Source: Opitutia bacterium
GTDB lineage: Bacteria > Verrucomicrobiota > Verrucomicrobiia > Opitutales > Opitutaceae
Length of the DNA: 64,000 nt
Assembly: GCA_947478395.1 (NCBI GenBank)
Contig: CANJVR010000001.1
Span: 128,001-192,000 of the forward strand
Direction of reading: 5' to 3'
The translations under genes were made by a program, and so were the position numbers. Of the stretch, positions 62,036-64,000 are shown piece by piece (positions within the stretch are counted from its first letter, which is position 1; each line of letters begins with the position of its first letter). Below the pieces are notes generated by a model. The model did no database searches and was not told the origin of the DNA. It worked only from the letters and a program-made list of their open reading frames with translations.

Positions 62036-63160
62036 ATGAAAACCCCCACTCCACTAACTCCACCGCCTTGGTCGTCCTGCCGCTTCGGTTCGACCCTCCT
62101 TCTCGCACTCGGCCTCGCCGCCGCGAGTGTCTCGGCCGCACCGACCGACGATGTTTACAAACTTGGTCCGGATTCCGCGCCGCAGCCGGGCGTGCCGCAA
62201 GGCAAGGTCTCGGGCTGGCGTCAGCTCCCGAGTCAGGCCTACCCCGGCACACTGCACGATTACTGCGTGTATGTGCCCGCCCAGTACGATGCGGCGAAGC
62301 CCGCCGCGTTAATGATCTTTCAGGACGGCCAAGCTTGGGCCAATTCCGAGGGTGAGTACCGCACGCCGTTCGTTTTGGACAACTTGATCTATCGCCGCGA
62401 AATCCCGGTGACGATCGCGGTCTTCATCAACCCCGGCCGCACGCCCGAACAGGAAATGGCGATACTCTCCAACTGGGGCGACCGCGGCTCAAACCGCGGG
62501 CAGGAATACAACGCCCTCGACGACAAATACGCACACGTGATCACGGACGAGCTGATGCCGGTGCTCGAAAAACAGTACAATCTCTCGAAAAACCCCGACG
62601 AACGCGCCCTCGCCGGAGCGAGCTCGGGTGCAATCGCGGCGTTCACGGTCGCCTGGCACCGGCCAGATCAGTTTCACAAAGTCATCAGCACGATCGGCAG
62701 CTTCACGAATATCCGCGGCGGCCACGTTTATCCCGATCTCATCCGCAGCAACGACCGGAAGCCGATCCGGATTTTTTTGCAGGACGGCTTGAACGACAAC
62801 CGCGGCATCGGTCGCGGCGGTCCGCGTGGCGGACAACCGCCCGCTGGCGGCCGCGCGGCCGTTGCGAATACGCCGGCCCCCGCGACCGCGACCCCGGCGG
62901 CGCCCACGCCGGCCGCACCGAGTTACGACGCCACACGCGACTGGCACGGGCAGAACATCAAGATGGTCGCCGCACTCACGGAGAAAGGATACGACGTAAA
63001 CTACAGCTTCGGTATCGGCACGCACTCGAACAAACAGGGCGGCGCAATCCTGCCCGACATGCTCCGCTGGCTCTGGCGCGATTATCCGCGCGCCGACGAT
63101 CCGATCGACGCCAGCAACCGCACGCTGCTCACGCCGCCGGCCGCCGGGCCCGGTAGGTGA
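62036..63160 (+). CDS. Divergently transcribed paralogous esterase
   Basis: VYVPAQY, FQDG, GASSGA and IGSFT; Gly/Pro/Ala insert. Confidence 0.85.
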   Translation: MKTPTPLTPPPWSSCRFGSTLLLALGLAAASVSAAPTDDVYKLGPDSAPQPGVPQGKVSGWRQLPSQAYPGTLHDYCVYVPAQYDAAKPAALMIFQDGQAWANSEGEYRTPFVLDNLIYRREIPVTIAVFINPGRTPEQEMAILSNWGDRGSNRGQEYNALDDKYAHVITDELMPVLEKQYNLSKNPDERALAGASSGAIAAFTVAWHRPDQFHKVISTIGSFTNIRGGHVYPDLIRSNDRKPIRIFLQDGLNDNRGIGRGGPRGGQPPAGGRAAVANTPAPATATPAAPTPAAPSYDATRDWHGQNIKMVAALTEKGYDVNYSFGIGTHSNKQGGAILPDMLRWLWRDYPRADDPIDASNRTLLTPPAAGPGR

Positions 63161-63349
63161 TCGCGCAAAACGCTGATTGATGTGGGCGGGGTGTCCTCAC
63201 CCCGCTTGGACATCGCTGATTGAACGACGTTTTGCGGGTTGAAGGCACCCCGCAAAACGTTGCAACAGCCGCACCATCGAAAACCGCACGTTGATTCCAG
63301 CGCTCCGAACGACACACGGGCTCGATCAACGTATCCCGAGACCACTCAG

Positions 63350-63480
63350 ACGTTCGTCCATCGTCCCGTCGAATCGCCGAAGCGCGGGATGCTCTTGGCG
63401 CCAATCCGGTCCATCATGAACGTCGCGATCCGCGTGTTGTCCTTCTGAAACGCGAGATACAGCATGAGGACTGAGTTGGT
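63350..63480 (-). pseudogene. DUF1552-like gene remnant
   Basis: The minus strand encodes LMLYLAFQKDNTRIATFMMDR, similar to VLALAFQTDSTRIATFVISH in 45696-47063. Confidence 0.55.
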
Positions 63481-63670
63481 ATCGTGAGAGCCCGCGCGCG
63501 CTCACGCGGATAAACGCGATGGGCGACGTAACAGCCCGATTCCGGGTACGAATCGCCGTGCTGGCGCCCGCGATACCGCGGCGCTTTCACAAAGGTAACA
63601 TCGGGACGCCCAGGCCCGATCTTCTGCGATTGCCCACCCGCCAAACCGGTCGCGCCCGGAGCGCGCGCCT

Positions 63671-64000
63671 CTACCTTGGATTAAAACGCGCCACGTCCAC
63701 CTCGACATCGAATGGCGCGCCTGCGGTGAGATGGTTCACCCATTGCCGCGCCAGCATCGGCGCCAGCCACACGCCCTTCGCGCCCAGTCCGTTGAGCACG
63801 CCGAGCCGCGCGGTGGAAGGATGCCGTCCCGCCACCGGCTGTTTGTCCGGCAGATTCACGCGCACCCCGGAAAATTGCCGCGCAACCTCGAACGCCCGCC
63901 CGTCCAGTAATTCCGCCGCACTCACACTCAGCGTTGCCCGCGCCTCGGCGGTCGTCGTGGCCGTTGTCACTCCCGGATCGTGTGTCGCACCCACCCACGC
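63671..64000 (-). CDS. C-terminus of an FAD-dependent (DAO/glycine oxidase-like) oxidoreductase (5' end outside the window)
   Basis: VGAT, SGVR...D..P and NGLGAKGVWLAP motifs. Confidence 0.75.
   Translation of the reverse strand, partial: AWVGATHDPGVTTATTTAEARATLSVSAAELLDGRAFEVARQFSGVRVNLPDKQPVAGRHPSTARLGVLNGLGAKGVWLAPMLARQWVNHLTAGAPFDVEVDVARFNPR

Overview
High-GC bacterial chromosome segment. Gene content and protein style suggest Verrucomicrobiota, probably Opitutaceae (inference). From left to right: (1) a minus-strand translation cluster rpmI-rplT-pheS-pheT-lysA-gatCAB; (2) three tRNAs; (3) an AT-richer exbB-exbD-exbD-tonB-TPR operon ending in two membrane-anchored coiled-coil genes; (4) tRNA-Pro and two sugar-catabolism genes; (5) a decayed accessory island running up to tRNA-Leu(CAA), containing czcC/czcA-like genes without a membrane-fusion gene, a TonB-receptor remnant, IS3-family remnants around a sulfatase, and a GDSL gene between att-like repeats; (6) rsmE and a folP-folB-folK-pabB-pabC operon; (7) pyrG-kdsA followed by a stand-alone lipoyl/E3-binding protein and a FabH-like gene; (8) a PfkB kinase and proA; (9) a rhamnose-type sugar ABC transporter interrupted by an inverted-repeat-flanked GxxExxY cassette; (10) a pectin/rhamnogalacturonan locus with a DUF1592/DUF1552 pair; (11) a Val-rich attenuator in front of an unknown small ORF, ychJ and two esterases. 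The leading candidates for undescribed systems are the GxxExxY cassette with its empty hairpin relatives at operon junctions, the lipoyl carrier lacking a catalytic domain paired with FabH, the integrase-less cassette at tRNA-Leu, and the orphan Val attenuator. All calls come from reading the sequence by eye; no searches were run.
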